Positions 8,937-17,935 of a stretch of DNA of 64,000 bases are shown here, piece after piece. Within the stretch, counting starts at the first letter, position 1. The number at the start of each line of letters is the position of its first letter. Location of the stretch: the IMG/VR virus record IMGVR_UViG_3300032313_000518, positions 32,001-96,000 of that record; one strand, written 5' to 3'. The notes under the pieces are model-generated. The model was not told the origin of the DNA. It searched no databases and was given only the letters and a program-made list of their open reading frames with translations. This stretch comes from a virus. The position numbers and the translations under genes are program-made.

Positions 8937-9656
8937 ATGAAAAAATTATTGCTATTATTAAGTTTATGTTCGTTAAGCAGTGTTGCAGTAGGACAAACGG
9001 TAGGAAAAACTCAAACTGAAAACTACAAAGCATCATTTGAAACGAAGGTTGACATTAGTGAGTTGATGGACTATGATGGACCAACAATTCCAGTACAAAT
9101 CTTAAAATGTGGAATCAGCGATGAAATTTTGGAACAGTATCCGGAACTTAAAGAAAAGAAGGTGGGCCTTGGTGTTGCTAATATATCTATGGAATACCTT
9201 GAAAATCTCAATCGTTTTACTTTTACTGAAGATAAGACGGAGTTAAAGAACAGAATGGTTGCTCAATTCAAAGCATCCCAATCTGGTATCTCTCAGGACA
9301 AATTAGATGGTAGAGGTAAAATTCGTTTAGCACATTACTTTGTTACAATCGAAGTATATGATTTCTCCGTTTCCGAAGATGAGACAGTTAATCTAAAAGA
9401 TGGAGTAAAGAATAAGATGGTTACTCGTCTGGGTTTGCAAGTTCGTTTTACTGATGCTGAAACCGGAGAGGTATTTGGCGCAAGTGGTTTGGGTGAAGCA
9501 ACTACAACCAGAGAGTTATCTTTAATATCCGATGCAACAATCGATGATGTTAAATTTAACCAATCAACAATCGGAACATCTACAAAGAAAGCATTAGATA
9601 TTGCTTGTAGTAGAATTCTTCTTCGTATGATAAAGAAGGGGAAGTTCCCAAAATGA
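8937..9656 (+). CDS. CsgG/HfaB-family envelope protein
   Basis: Signal peptide; GVANISMEYLENLNRFTFTE..SQSG..GKIRLAHYFVTIEVYDF..LGLQVRFTDAETGEV..GLGEA follows the CsgG pattern. Confidence 0.7.
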   Translation: MKKLLLLLSLCSLSSVAVGQTVGKTQTENYKASFETKVDISELMDYDGPTIPVQILKCGISDEILEQYPELKEKKVGLGVANISMEYLENLNRFTFTEDKTELKNRMVAQFKASQSGISQDKLDGRGKIRLAHYFVTIEVYDFSVSEDETVNLKDGVKNKMVTRLGLQVRFTDAETGEVFGASGLGEATTTRELSLISDATIDDVKFNQSTIGTSTKKALDIACSRILLRMIKKGKFPK

Positions 9657-9662
9657 TAAATT

Positions 9663-10403
9663 ATGACTAAAAGAGAAGTATTATATAATGCTAGTTTAGC
9701 AGTATTAGCATATTCAAAAGAAGAGCAAATTAAGTGGAGTGATTATGGGTTAGAGTTAGTGAAGTGGATTCACAACGATAAATCAGATACACAGGGATTT
9801 GTAGCAACGCGGGATAAAGCAATCTATGTTGTGTGGAGAGGTAGTGAATCAAAGAAGGATTTTCAAAATGATGCTTCAATTGATAAAGTACCATTTATAA
9901 ACGATGGAGAGAAAGTACACATTGGATTTAAATATTGTTGGGAATCGGTAGTGGGTGATACCTATGATGCAATCGATATTGCAATAGAAAACCTACAAGG
10001 AGAAACTACGGATATTGTAGTTTGTGGACATAGTTTGGGTGGAGCAATAGCAACATTGTATGCACACTCAATTAAGAAACACTATCCACATTACAACATT
10101 AAATCCGTAACAATTGGAAGTCCAAGAGTTGGCAACAAAACATTTAAGGACAATTACGATTCATATGAGATTGATACTTTGAGAGTGGTACACAATAACG
10201 ATTTGGTAACACATACACCATACATTAGATTTTATCACGTAAACTATCAATTAAGATTAGATAGTGATGGTAATGTATTAAAGAGAGATACATCATTAAA
10301 TGCATTATGGTTATACCTTAAAGCAATATTTTCAGGTAGTAATATCAAAGACCATATGGGTGATGGGTATATGAAAGCATTACAAAATTGGGTAACAAAA
10401 TAA
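9663..10403 (+). CDS. class 3 lipase (alpha/beta hydrolase)
   Basis: VVWRGS, KVHIGF, GHSLGG nucleophile elbow, GSPRVGN, HNNDLV, C-terminal DHM. Confidence 0.9.
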   Translation: MTKREVLYNASLAVLAYSKEEQIKWSDYGLELVKWIHNDKSDTQGFVATRDKAIYVVWRGSESKKDFQNDASIDKVPFINDGEKVHIGFKYCWESVVGDTYDAIDIAIENLQGETTDIVVCGHSLGGAIATLYAHSIKKHYPHYNIKSVTIGSPRVGNKTFKDNYDSYEIDTLRVVHNNDLVTHTPYIRFYHVNYQLRLDSDGNVLKRDTSLNALWLYLKAIFSGSNIKDHMGDGYMKALQNWVTK

Positions 10404-10406
10404 TAT

Positions 10407-10715
10407 ATGTCAACAATAAGGGTTACATTATATGAGGATGAAGAAGTATTAGTGGAATGTGATTATCTTTTCAATAGAACTAAAGTTGCTATGCATATAA
10501 GTTTTAATGAAGAAGTATGGTCACATTCTTTTTTTAAAAGAATGAAATATTTATATATTGATATTCTTCAAAACTTTAAGAATGAGGGTTATAACGAAAT
10601 ATACGGAGCACCCCCAAACGGAAATATTAAAGCAAAGAAATTAGCACAAATGTTTGGATTCAAAGATTTTTTTGAAAACAACGAGTTATATTTAATGAGA
10701 ATGGAAATAAACTAA
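10407..10715 (+). CDS. hypothetical protein, possible GNAT-like fold
   Basis: C-terminal NIKAKKLAQMFGF resembles the GNAT NxxAxxLYxKxGF motif. Confidence 0.45.
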   Translation: MSTIRVTLYEDEEVLVECDYLFNRTKVAMHISFNEEVWSHSFFKRMKYLYIDILQNFKNEGYNEIYGAPPNGNIKAKKLAQMFGFKDFFENNELYLMRMEIN

Positions 10716-10727
10716 ACAACTAAAATT

Positions 10728-11528
10728 ATGGGAAGTGCTGGAAAAGCAATTGAAAACGCATTTGTAGATGCGGGAAATGCAATTAACGATAATGTTATTA
10801 AACCAATCGCAGATGTAGTAGTAGATGCGGGAAATGTGATTAATGATAATGTAATTCAACCAATCGCAGGTGGTATAAACACTGCAATAGGTAGTGTAGA
10901 AGATGCATACAACTATTCAGTAGCATTTGCTACCGATAGTGCACATAGAGTAGAAAGCGCAGCTTGTACTATTGCAAGTACTACTGAAGAATTTGCAAAG
11001 GTAGGATTCGATGTAACTCAAAACGAATTTGTTCAATTATCTAAACAAGCCGAACAACAAATTGTTGCAGGTGTTGAAATAGTGGCAGCAGGTGCAGTAG
11101 CTGCATATAATTGGGCAGATGCAAATGCTTGTACAATTGGAATAACTGCAGCAATCTCTACGGGTTGTGTTTTAGCATTTACACCGGCACAACCTGCTGG
11201 AGCAGCAACTTCAACTACATTATCATTGATGGCTACGCCGGTTCTTTACGTTGCAGATATGGCAGCTAAAATGGCAGTATCAACGGCAATGGGTGTAATA
11301 GTGGCAGATGGATTTTTAGCAATACCTGGTGTTGGTGGAAATGTTGACCCACAATTATTAAGAAATGTATGTTCAAATTGTATCTATTATAGTTTAGATT
11401 CAGCTGCATTATGGGCAACGCCTGCTGGAGTTGGTATCGCAATAGGAGCTGCAGTAGCACCAGTTGTTGCATCTTTGGTATGTACTAGAACTTGTCCTAA
11501 TGGATTCAGTAAAGCATTGGGTGCATAA
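10728..11528 (+). CDS. Ala/Val-rich hydrophobic protein with an N-terminal tandem repeat
   Basis: VDAGNxINDNVIxPIA repeated twice; hydrophobic Cys-containing C-terminal half. Confidence 0.65.
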   Translation: MGSAGKAIENAFVDAGNAINDNVIKPIADVVVDAGNVINDNVIQPIAGGINTAIGSVEDAYNYSVAFATDSAHRVESAACTIASTTEEFAKVGFDVTQNEFVQLSKQAEQQIVAGVEIVAAGAVAAYNWADANACTIGITAAISTGCVLAFTPAQPAGAATSTTLSLMATPVLYVADMAAKMAVSTAMGVIVADGFLAIPGVGGNVDPQLLRNVCSNCIYYSLDSAALWATPAGVGIAIGAAVAPVVASLVCTRTCPNGFSKALGA

Positions 11529-11612
11529 TACAAACTTAACAATTTGATAATATTAAAAGTATAATTTTATTAAGGTAGTTTCCTATATATTGGTGAAAAT
11601 TAAAACATCAAT

Positions 11613-14096
11613 ATGAGGAAACTACTTTTATTATTAACGTTACTAATTCCCATAATATCCTTTTCACAAACCTTATCGGGTAAAACAAAATCAAATAAAG
11701 AAGAACTCATTGGAGTTACAATTTGGCTAACTAACAAAAATACAAATAAAAAAATTGGAAGTACATCTGATATCGAATCCAAATATCAATTCCAAAATGT
11801 AGTAGCTGGAAACTATTCAATCAAAGCATCATTTGTTGGATATAAAGAATATACAAAAGATATTACAATTAATGGAGATACCAATTTAGATATCCTAATT
11901 GAAGAAGATACAAAAGTATTGCAAGAAGTTGTAGTAAAGCAAGTAGCAAAGAAAGAAACTGCAACCGCACTTATCAATACACTTAAAGCATCTTACATTG
12001 TAGCAGATGGTTTATCAATCGAATCAATAAAGAAAACACCAGATAGAACTGTTGGAGATGCACTTAAAAGAGTTAGTGGTGTAACAATCCAAAACGATAA
12101 GTTTGTTTTAGTTAGAGGTTTAGCTGATAGATACAACTCGGCTCTACTAAACAAATCAATCCTACCATCAACCGAACCCGATAGAAGAGCATTCTCATTT
12201 GATATTATACCAACATCACTAATAGATAATATTATCATCAACAAAGGAGCATCGGCAAACCTACCGGGTGATTTCGCAGGAGGTTTGGTACAAATTACAA
12301 CAAAGGAAGTTAGTGGTGATTTCTTAAATGTATCATTGGGAGGAAGTTGGGGTTCACTATCAACGGGACAGAATTTTAGATTGGTAGACCCAATACAATT
12401 CCCATCAACGTTCCCATCAACAAACGGATATAGGATTGCTGGATTGGGTGATAGAAGAGCATACACTAAACTAATAGGTTCGCCACAATCCGAAGAGTTT
12501 TCATCTATTCCAAACTTAAATGGTAACTTATCATTTGGTGTTGTAAAAAACAAATGGAACATCTTATTCAGTTCAACAGCAAGAAATACATATTCAGCTA
12601 ATACAACCGAAAGAATCGATTATCAATCATCAACTGAATTAGCATACAATTACAAAGACTTAAATTACTCAAATGTACAATCTCTAAATGGATTATTGAA
12701 CATAGTTTATTTAGGAGAGAATCGTTATAGTTGGAAAACACTTGCTAACTACCAAAACGAAAAATCATTTTTAAGTAGAGTTGGTGAGAACTATGATAAT
12801 GTTCAGTATGTAGATAGTAAATCATCCAACTCAATTCAAAAGTTAGTATTCAATACACAATTTGAAGGTAAGATTAAAACATTGGATTTTAATGTAGGAT
12901 ATAATCTTATGTTGAGAGACCAACCTGATTATAGAGTAACACCTTACATATCATCTTTATATACATCAACACCTTATTCAATAGCATGGAGAGATACCTA
13001 TCGTTTTTGGAGTGTAATGGATGAAAACTCATTCAATGGGGGATTAAACAAATCCATAGGAGATATTCGTTTAGGAGTGGGTTACTTGAAGAAATTGAGA
13101 AACTTCAAAGCAAGAATATTCAGATACGAATCAATGGATTTATTAAATGAGATTACAAACAACACCGATAGATATACTGCCGATTTTGATTTGGCAAATG
13201 GATATGTGATGTATGAAAAAGAAATCAATGACCTAAAAGTAAATACAGGTTTTAGAACAGAATACAATTTATTCAAAGTTCAAACATCTGATTTTAGTGG
13301 ACAACGGATTTCAGTAGATAGAGAGTATTTGGATTTACTCCCATCATTAAACGCAACATATTCAACATCAGAAAAAACAAAGGTTAGATTATCGGTAAGT
13401 AAAACATTAGCAAGACCAGAGTTTAGAGAGGTAGCTAATTTTGCGTATTATGACTTTGTTAGAAACGCACAACTATTAGGAAATCCAAACTTACAAAAAA
13501 CGGATATATTCAATTCAGATATAAAGTTCGAGTTGTATCCTAAATCAGGTGAGAATATATCAATCGGTTTTTTTGGTAAGAAGTTCTTCAATCCAATTGA
13601 GCAAGTTGTAGCAGATGGTTCAGTTCCATCAAATCTATTATTAACATATAAAAATCCAAATGAAGCATTGGTATATGGAGTTGAAATTGAACTTCGTAAA
13701 AAATTAAATGATTGGTTAGATTTATATTCAAACACATCATTCATCAATTCGGAAGTTGATATAAATGGAATTAAAAGACAATTGCAAGGACAATCAAACT
13801 ATGTAGTAAATGGTGGATTGAACTTACATAAAAACAACAATACGTTCAACATATCATACAATAGAGTTGGAGATAGAATATCAGCAGTAGGATTTCAAGG
13901 ATACCCCGATATATTTGAAAACTCTCGTGATGTAGTTGATATTGTTATTCTTCGTAAAATTAAAAACGGAGAAATTAAATTAGCAGTATCGGATATATTC
14001 AGACAACCATTTGAGTATTACCAAAAACCAAATAGAACTTTAATTAAAACAAACAACGAAACAACAGTTTCACTAACACTAAATTACAACCTATGA
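11613..14096 (+). CDS. TonB-dependent receptor (Bacteroidota type)
   Basis: Signal peptide, carboxypeptidase-regulatory-like N-domain, LQEVVV, plug DALKRVSGV..VRGLADRYN, TLARPEFRE, GNPNL, C-terminal LNYNL. Confidence 0.92.
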   Translation: MRKLLLLLTLLIPIISFSQTLSGKTKSNKEELIGVTIWLTNKNTNKKIGSTSDIESKYQFQNVVAGNYSIKASFVGYKEYTKDITINGDTNLDILIEEDTKVLQEVVVKQVAKKETATALINTLKASYIVADGLSIESIKKTPDRTVGDALKRVSGVTIQNDKFVLVRGLADRYNSALLNKSILPSTEPDRRAFSFDIIPTSLIDNIIINKGASANLPGDFAGGLVQITTKEVSGDFLNVSLGGSWGSLSTGQNFRLVDPIQFPSTFPSTNGYRIAGLGDRRAYTKLIGSPQSEEFSSIPNLNGNLSFGVVKNKWNILFSSTARNTYSANTTERIDYQSSTELAYNYKDLNYSNVQSLNGLLNIVYLGENRYSWKTLANYQNEKSFLSRVGENYDNVQYVDSKSSNSIQKLVFNTQFEGKIKTLDFNVGYNLMLRDQPDYRVTPYISSLYTSTPYSIAWRDTYRFWSVMDENSFNGGLNKSIGDIRLGVGYLKKLRNFKARIFRYESMDLLNEITNNTDRYTADFDLANGYVMYEKEINDLKVNTGFRTEYNLFKVQTSDFSGQRISVDREYLDLLPSLNATYSTSEKTKVRLSVSKTLARPEFREVANFAYYDFVRNAQLLGNPNLQKTDIFNSDIKFELYPKSGENISIGFFGKKFFNPIEQVVADGSVPSNLLLTYKNPNEALVYGVEIELRKKLNDWLDLYSNTSFINSEVDINGIKRQLQGQSNYVVNGGLNLHKNNNTFNISYNRVGDRISAVGFQGYPDIFENSRDVVDIVILRKIKNGEIKLAVSDIFRQPFEYYQKPNRTLIKTNNETTVSLTLNYNL

Positions 14097-15295
14097 AAAA
14101 ATTATTAGTATTGTTCGCAAGTTTAACAATCTTTGGATGTTCTAAAGATTTGGGTGGAGAAGTTACACCAATCAATGTACCAACCTCAACAACTTTGAGT
14201 GGTAACATCACATCAACTACAACTCTTACATCGGATAAAGAGTGGGTATTAAAAGGATATGTTTATGTAACCGATGGTGCTAAACTTATCATTCAACCTG
14301 GCACAACAATCAAATCTGATATAAGTGAGAAAGGTGCATTGTGTATTGAAAGAGGAGCACAAATTGTAGCAGAAGGTACTGTAGCAAAACCAATCATATT
14401 CACATCTGGTAGACCTGCTGGAGAAAGAACACCTGGTGATTGGGGTGGTATTGTAATATTGGGTAGAGCAAAAACCAATAGAACGGCAGAACCAACTATC
14501 GAAGGTGGTATCGGAAGACCTTATGGTGGAACAAACGATTTAGATAATAGTGGTGTTCTAAAATATGTAAGAATTGAATACGCTGGAATTGCAGCAATGC
14601 CAAACTCTGAAATCAACGCACTAACATTGGGTGGAGTTGGTAGTGGAACAATTATTGAGAATGTTCAAACTATCTACGCTAACGATGATGCATTTGAATT
14701 CTTTGGTGGAACTGTAAATGCTAAAAACTTATATGCATATGGAACTGCGGATGATGATTATGATTTTGATTTTGGATATAGAGGAAAAGTATCTTTTTCA
14801 GTATCAAAGAGAGACCCACAATTCGTAGATAATGGTGATGCGGGAAATGGTGTAGAGTGTGATAATGATGGAACAGGTTCAACAGCAGAACCATTTACAC
14901 ATCCTATTTTAGATAATATGATTTTAGTTGGGCCTAACGATGCAACATCTTTAGCAAACCACAATTTAGCAATGAGATGGAGAAGAGCAACTCAATTTGA
15001 GGTTTACAATTCTACAATCATTGGATATATGAAAGGTGGTTTCTCAATGGAAAGTAATGAAACTGCACAATTCTACAAAGATGGTGTAAGTAAGTTTCAG
15101 AACAATAAAATTGGTTCATACAACTTATTAAACTTTATCAGTAAGGCAACTACTATTATTACATCGGATGTAGTTAAAACAAAAGCATTAAGTGAAGGTA
15201 ATACTGAAATAACTTTAACTCCAACCGAAATAGAAACCTTATCTAAACCAATTTGGACAGCAGGTTGGACTAAATTCCCAACGAAAGGAAACTAA
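14093..15295 (+). CDS. surface lipoprotein with a right-handed beta-helix, partner of the TonB-dependent receptor
   Basis: Lipobox IFGC; KPIIFTS..PGDWGGIVILG, DNSGVLKYVRIEYAG, DDAFEFFGG, DDDYDFDFGY; overlaps the receptor stop (ATGA). Confidence 0.8.
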   Translation: MKKLLVLFASLTIFGCSKDLGGEVTPINVPTSTTLSGNITSTTTLTSDKEWVLKGYVYVTDGAKLIIQPGTTIKSDISEKGALCIERGAQIVAEGTVAKPIIFTSGRPAGERTPGDWGGIVILGRAKTNRTAEPTIEGGIGRPYGGTNDLDNSGVLKYVRIEYAGIAAMPNSEINALTLGGVGSGTIIENVQTIYANDDAFEFFGGTVNAKNLYAYGTADDDYDFDFGYRGKVSFSVSKRDPQFVDNGDAGNGVECDNDGTGSTAEPFTHPILDNMILVGPNDATSLANHNLAMRWRRATQFEVYNSTIIGYMKGGFSMESNETAQFYKDGVSKFQNNKIGSYNLLNFISKATTIITSDVVKTKALSEGNTEITLTPTEIETLSKPIWTAGWTKFPTKGN

Positions 15296-15296
15296 A

Positions 15297-16010
15297 ATGA
15301 AAGATAAATTAACTATCATCATCCCATCAAAAAACGAAAGCGATACTTTATATGATTGCTTACAATTTTTGTATAATCAAACGGATATAGATGGTTTTAG
15401 AGTTATAGTAGCAGATATATCAGATGACCCATATTCGGTTGGTATTTTATATAAAGCAAGAAGTAATTTCAAAGATAAATTAAAAATTGAAGTAATAAAA
15501 GGTGGGTATCCATCGGAAGGTAGATTGGCAGGTTCTAAACTTGCCAATACTCCTTACATTCTGTTTTTAGATGCAGATGTATTTCTTACAAACCATAGTT
15601 TGTTAAGTGATATATTCAAAAAGTTGGAAACAACAAAGATAGAACTATTAACTACACCATTTCAAACTTCTAAAAAATGGAATTGGGTGTTTCGTATTTT
15701 TGATATATTCCAATGGTTGAGTGTAAAGATAAACTCACCATTTGCAGTAGGTGGATTTCAGTTATGGGATAGACAAGCATATTGGAAAGTAGGGGGATAT
15801 AAAAAAGATGAATTGTTTGCGGAAGATTATTCACTTTCATCAAAATCAAATCCAAAGTATTTTCATATACATAAAACAAACGGAGTTTGGACATCACCTC
15901 GTAGATTTCAAAACAAAGGAGTATTCTATATGGTTTCTTTAATGATGCAAAGTTACATCAACAGAAATAATCCTGAATTTTTCAAACAACATCACAATTA
16001 TTGGGTTTAA
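15297..16010 (+). CDS. family 2 glycosyltransferase
   Basis: LTIIIPSKNE, ILFLDAD, VGGY..FAED, TSPRRF. Confidence 0.9.
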   Translation: MKDKLTIIIPSKNESDTLYDCLQFLYNQTDIDGFRVIVADISDDPYSVGILYKARSNFKDKLKIEVIKGGYPSEGRLAGSKLANTPYILFLDADVFLTNHSLLSDIFKKLETTKIELLTTPFQTSKKWNWVFRIFDIFQWLSVKINSPFAVGGFQLWDRQAYWKVGGYKKDELFAEDYSLSSKSNPKYFHIHKTNGVWTSPRRFQNKGVFYMVSLMMQSYINRNNPEFFKQHHNYWV

Positions 16011-16012
16011 TT

Positions 16013-16108
16013 ATGGGCACTATATTTCCTTTTCTTTTTGGATTTGCAGTTGTTATAGCAGGTTGTATTGTTATGATGATTGTAGACCAAATTTCTAAAA
16101 AAAGATAA
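16013..16108 (+). CDS. 31-aa single-TM peptide (not in the ORF track)
   Basis: MGTIFPFLFGFAVVIAGCIVMMIVDQISKKR*; fills the gap and its stop overlaps the next ATG (TAATG). Confidence 0.6.
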   Translation: MGTIFPFLFGFAVVIAGCIVMMIVDQISKKR

Positions 16109-16818
16109 TGTACAAATATATCATAGTATCAGATTTACATTTAGGTACTAAACATAGTAAAGCAAAGGAGTTCTTACAATTCATAGAAGAGAACCCATGC
16201 GAACAACTTATTCTCAATGGGGATATAGTTGATGGATGGGCATTGCAAAGAGGAACTAAATGGAGAACATCTCACACAAAGGTAATTGCTAAACTAATAA
16301 AACTATCCACAAAGCAAAAGGTAGTTTGGATACGGGGAAATCACGATGATTTTCTTAAAGATTTTATTGGTACTAATTTGGGTAATATAAAAATCAGAGA
16401 AGATTATATTATTACCGCAGATAAAAGATACTTCATATTTCACGGAGATATTATAGATGTATTTATTACAAAATACAAATGGTTATCACAAATAGGAGCG
16501 GTTGGATACGATTTTGCTTTATTACTAAATGACGTGTATAATTGGTATCGTAAGTGGAGAAATCTACCTTATTATTCAATATCACAAAGAATAAAAGAGG
16601 GTGTTAAAATAGCAACCAATTATGTTAATGATTTTGAAACAACCGCAATCCGAATGGCAGGTGATAAGATGTGTGATGGTGTTATTTGTGGACACATTCA
16701 CCAACCCGCTGACAGAATGATTGGTAAAAAACACTATCTCAATTCAGGAGATTGGGTTGAGAATATGACAGCAATCTGTATAAATGATAACAATAATATA
16801 ACAATTAAAAGAATATAA
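16108..16818 (+). CDS. plcP: PlcP-like metallophosphoesterase (phospholipase C; LpxH superfamily)
   Basis: SDLHLG, GDIVDGW, GNHD, HGD, KWLSQIG..Y, PYYSIS..IK..VK, DGVICGHIH, YLNSGDWVE..TA. Confidence 0.75.
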   Translation: MYKYIIVSDLHLGTKHSKAKEFLQFIEENPCEQLILNGDIVDGWALQRGTKWRTSHTKVIAKLIKLSTKQKVVWIRGNHDDFLKDFIGTNLGNIKIREDYIITADKRYFIFHGDIIDVFITKYKWLSQIGAVGYDFALLLNDVYNWYRKWRNLPYYSISQRIKEGVKIATNYVNDFETTAIRMAGDKMCDGVICGHIHQPADRMIGKKHYLNSGDWVENMTAICINDNNNITIKRI

Positions 16819-16824
16819 TTGTGA

Positions 16825-16832
16825 TATTTATA
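16825..16832 (+). promoter_or_regulatory. putative late promoter TATTTATA
   Basis: 20 nt before ATG 16853. Confidence 0.65.
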
Positions 16833-16852
16833 TATACAAACTAAACAAATAA

Positions 16853-17893
16853 ATGTCATCCTCAAAAACTCTGTTTATATTAAAAAGAAAACAAAACTAT
16901 AATCTTTCAACCGATTATAGTGTTGGATTAAGCACCGGCCTGTACAATTCGGCTCAATTTATGAATCAAATGCTATTAGATGGCGGGTTTGATTCTCAAA
17001 TGGTAGTTGTAAATGATAATAACGATATAGATAGAGAAGTAACTCTACACAAACCAACCCACGTTATTATTGAAGCTCTTTGGGTTGTTCCATCTAAATT
17101 CGAAGTTCTTTGCAAATTACATCCAAACGTTAAATGGGTAATTCGTTTACATAGCGAAATACCATTTTTAGCAAATGAAGGAATGGCAATGGATTGGATT
17201 GGGGAATATAGTAAATTTGATAATATTATTATTTCTTGCAACTCACCACAAACTACCAAAGATATTGAGTTTTATATGAGTACAAAATTGGGTATTAAAA
17301 AGAATATAGCTTTTTTACCAAATTTTTATCCACAACAATATAAAACTAAATCATTCAATAAGAAAGGTGATACGATTCACATAGGATGTTTTGGTGCAAT
17401 TAGACCTCTAAAAAATCATCTTATACAAGCATTTGCAGCAATTAAGTTTGCAGATGAAATTGGTAAAAAATTACATTTCCATATCAATTGCGATAGAGTT
17501 GAACAAAAAGGAGAACCAATATTAAATAACTTAATAAGTATGTTCAATCATTTAGAACATAAAGGTCATAAGTTAGTTCATCATGAGTGGAGTGTTAGAG
17601 AGCAATTTATTCAATTATGTTCTACGATGGATATTGGAATTCAGATATCATTTAATGAAACTTTTAATATTGTAGGAGCTGATATAGTTTCACAAGGAGT
17701 TCCTTTGGTATCTTCACCTGAAATCCCTTGGGCTAATTCATTATTTACTGCAAGACAAACTAATACTGATGATATTGTAGATTCACTATTATGTACTTAC
17801 GCATATCCAAAAATAAATGTATTATTAAATCAAAGAGGTCTTGAAAAATATACAAATAAAACAAAACATATTTGGTTTAAGTTTTTCAAATGA
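16853..17893 (+). CDS. GT-B (family 4-like) glycosyltransferase
   Basis: IGCFGAIRPLKN and SFNETFNIVGADIVSQGVPLV (variant of the E-x7-E motif). Confidence 0.7.
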   Translation: MSSSKTLFILKRKQNYNLSTDYSVGLSTGLYNSAQFMNQMLLDGGFDSQMVVVNDNNDIDREVTLHKPTHVIIEALWVVPSKFEVLCKLHPNVKWVIRLHSEIPFLANEGMAMDWIGEYSKFDNIIISCNSPQTTKDIEFYMSTKLGIKKNIAFLPNFYPQQYKTKSFNKKGDTIHIGCFGAIRPLKNHLIQAFAAIKFADEIGKKLHFHINCDRVEQKGEPILNNLISMFNHLEHKGHKLVHHEWSVREQFIQLCSTMDIGIQISFNETFNIVGADIVSQGVPLVSSPEIPWANSLFTARQTNTDDIVDSLLCTYAYPKINVLLNQRGLEKYTNKTKHIWFKFFK

Positions 17894-17901
17894 TATTTAT
17901 A
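17894..17901 (+). promoter_or_regulatory. putative late promoter TATTTATA
   Basis: 34 nt before the start at 17936. Confidence 0.6.
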
Positions 17902-17935
17902 TCCGGTTACACTTTTAAATATAAATCGGATATGA

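Noticed and set aside
16108-16818. LpxH (lipid A biosynthesis) call
   Set aside because: Motifs (GDIVDGW, GNHD rather than GNRD, GDWVE) and the neighbouring GT fit the PlcP-like branch better; not fully excluded without a phylogeny
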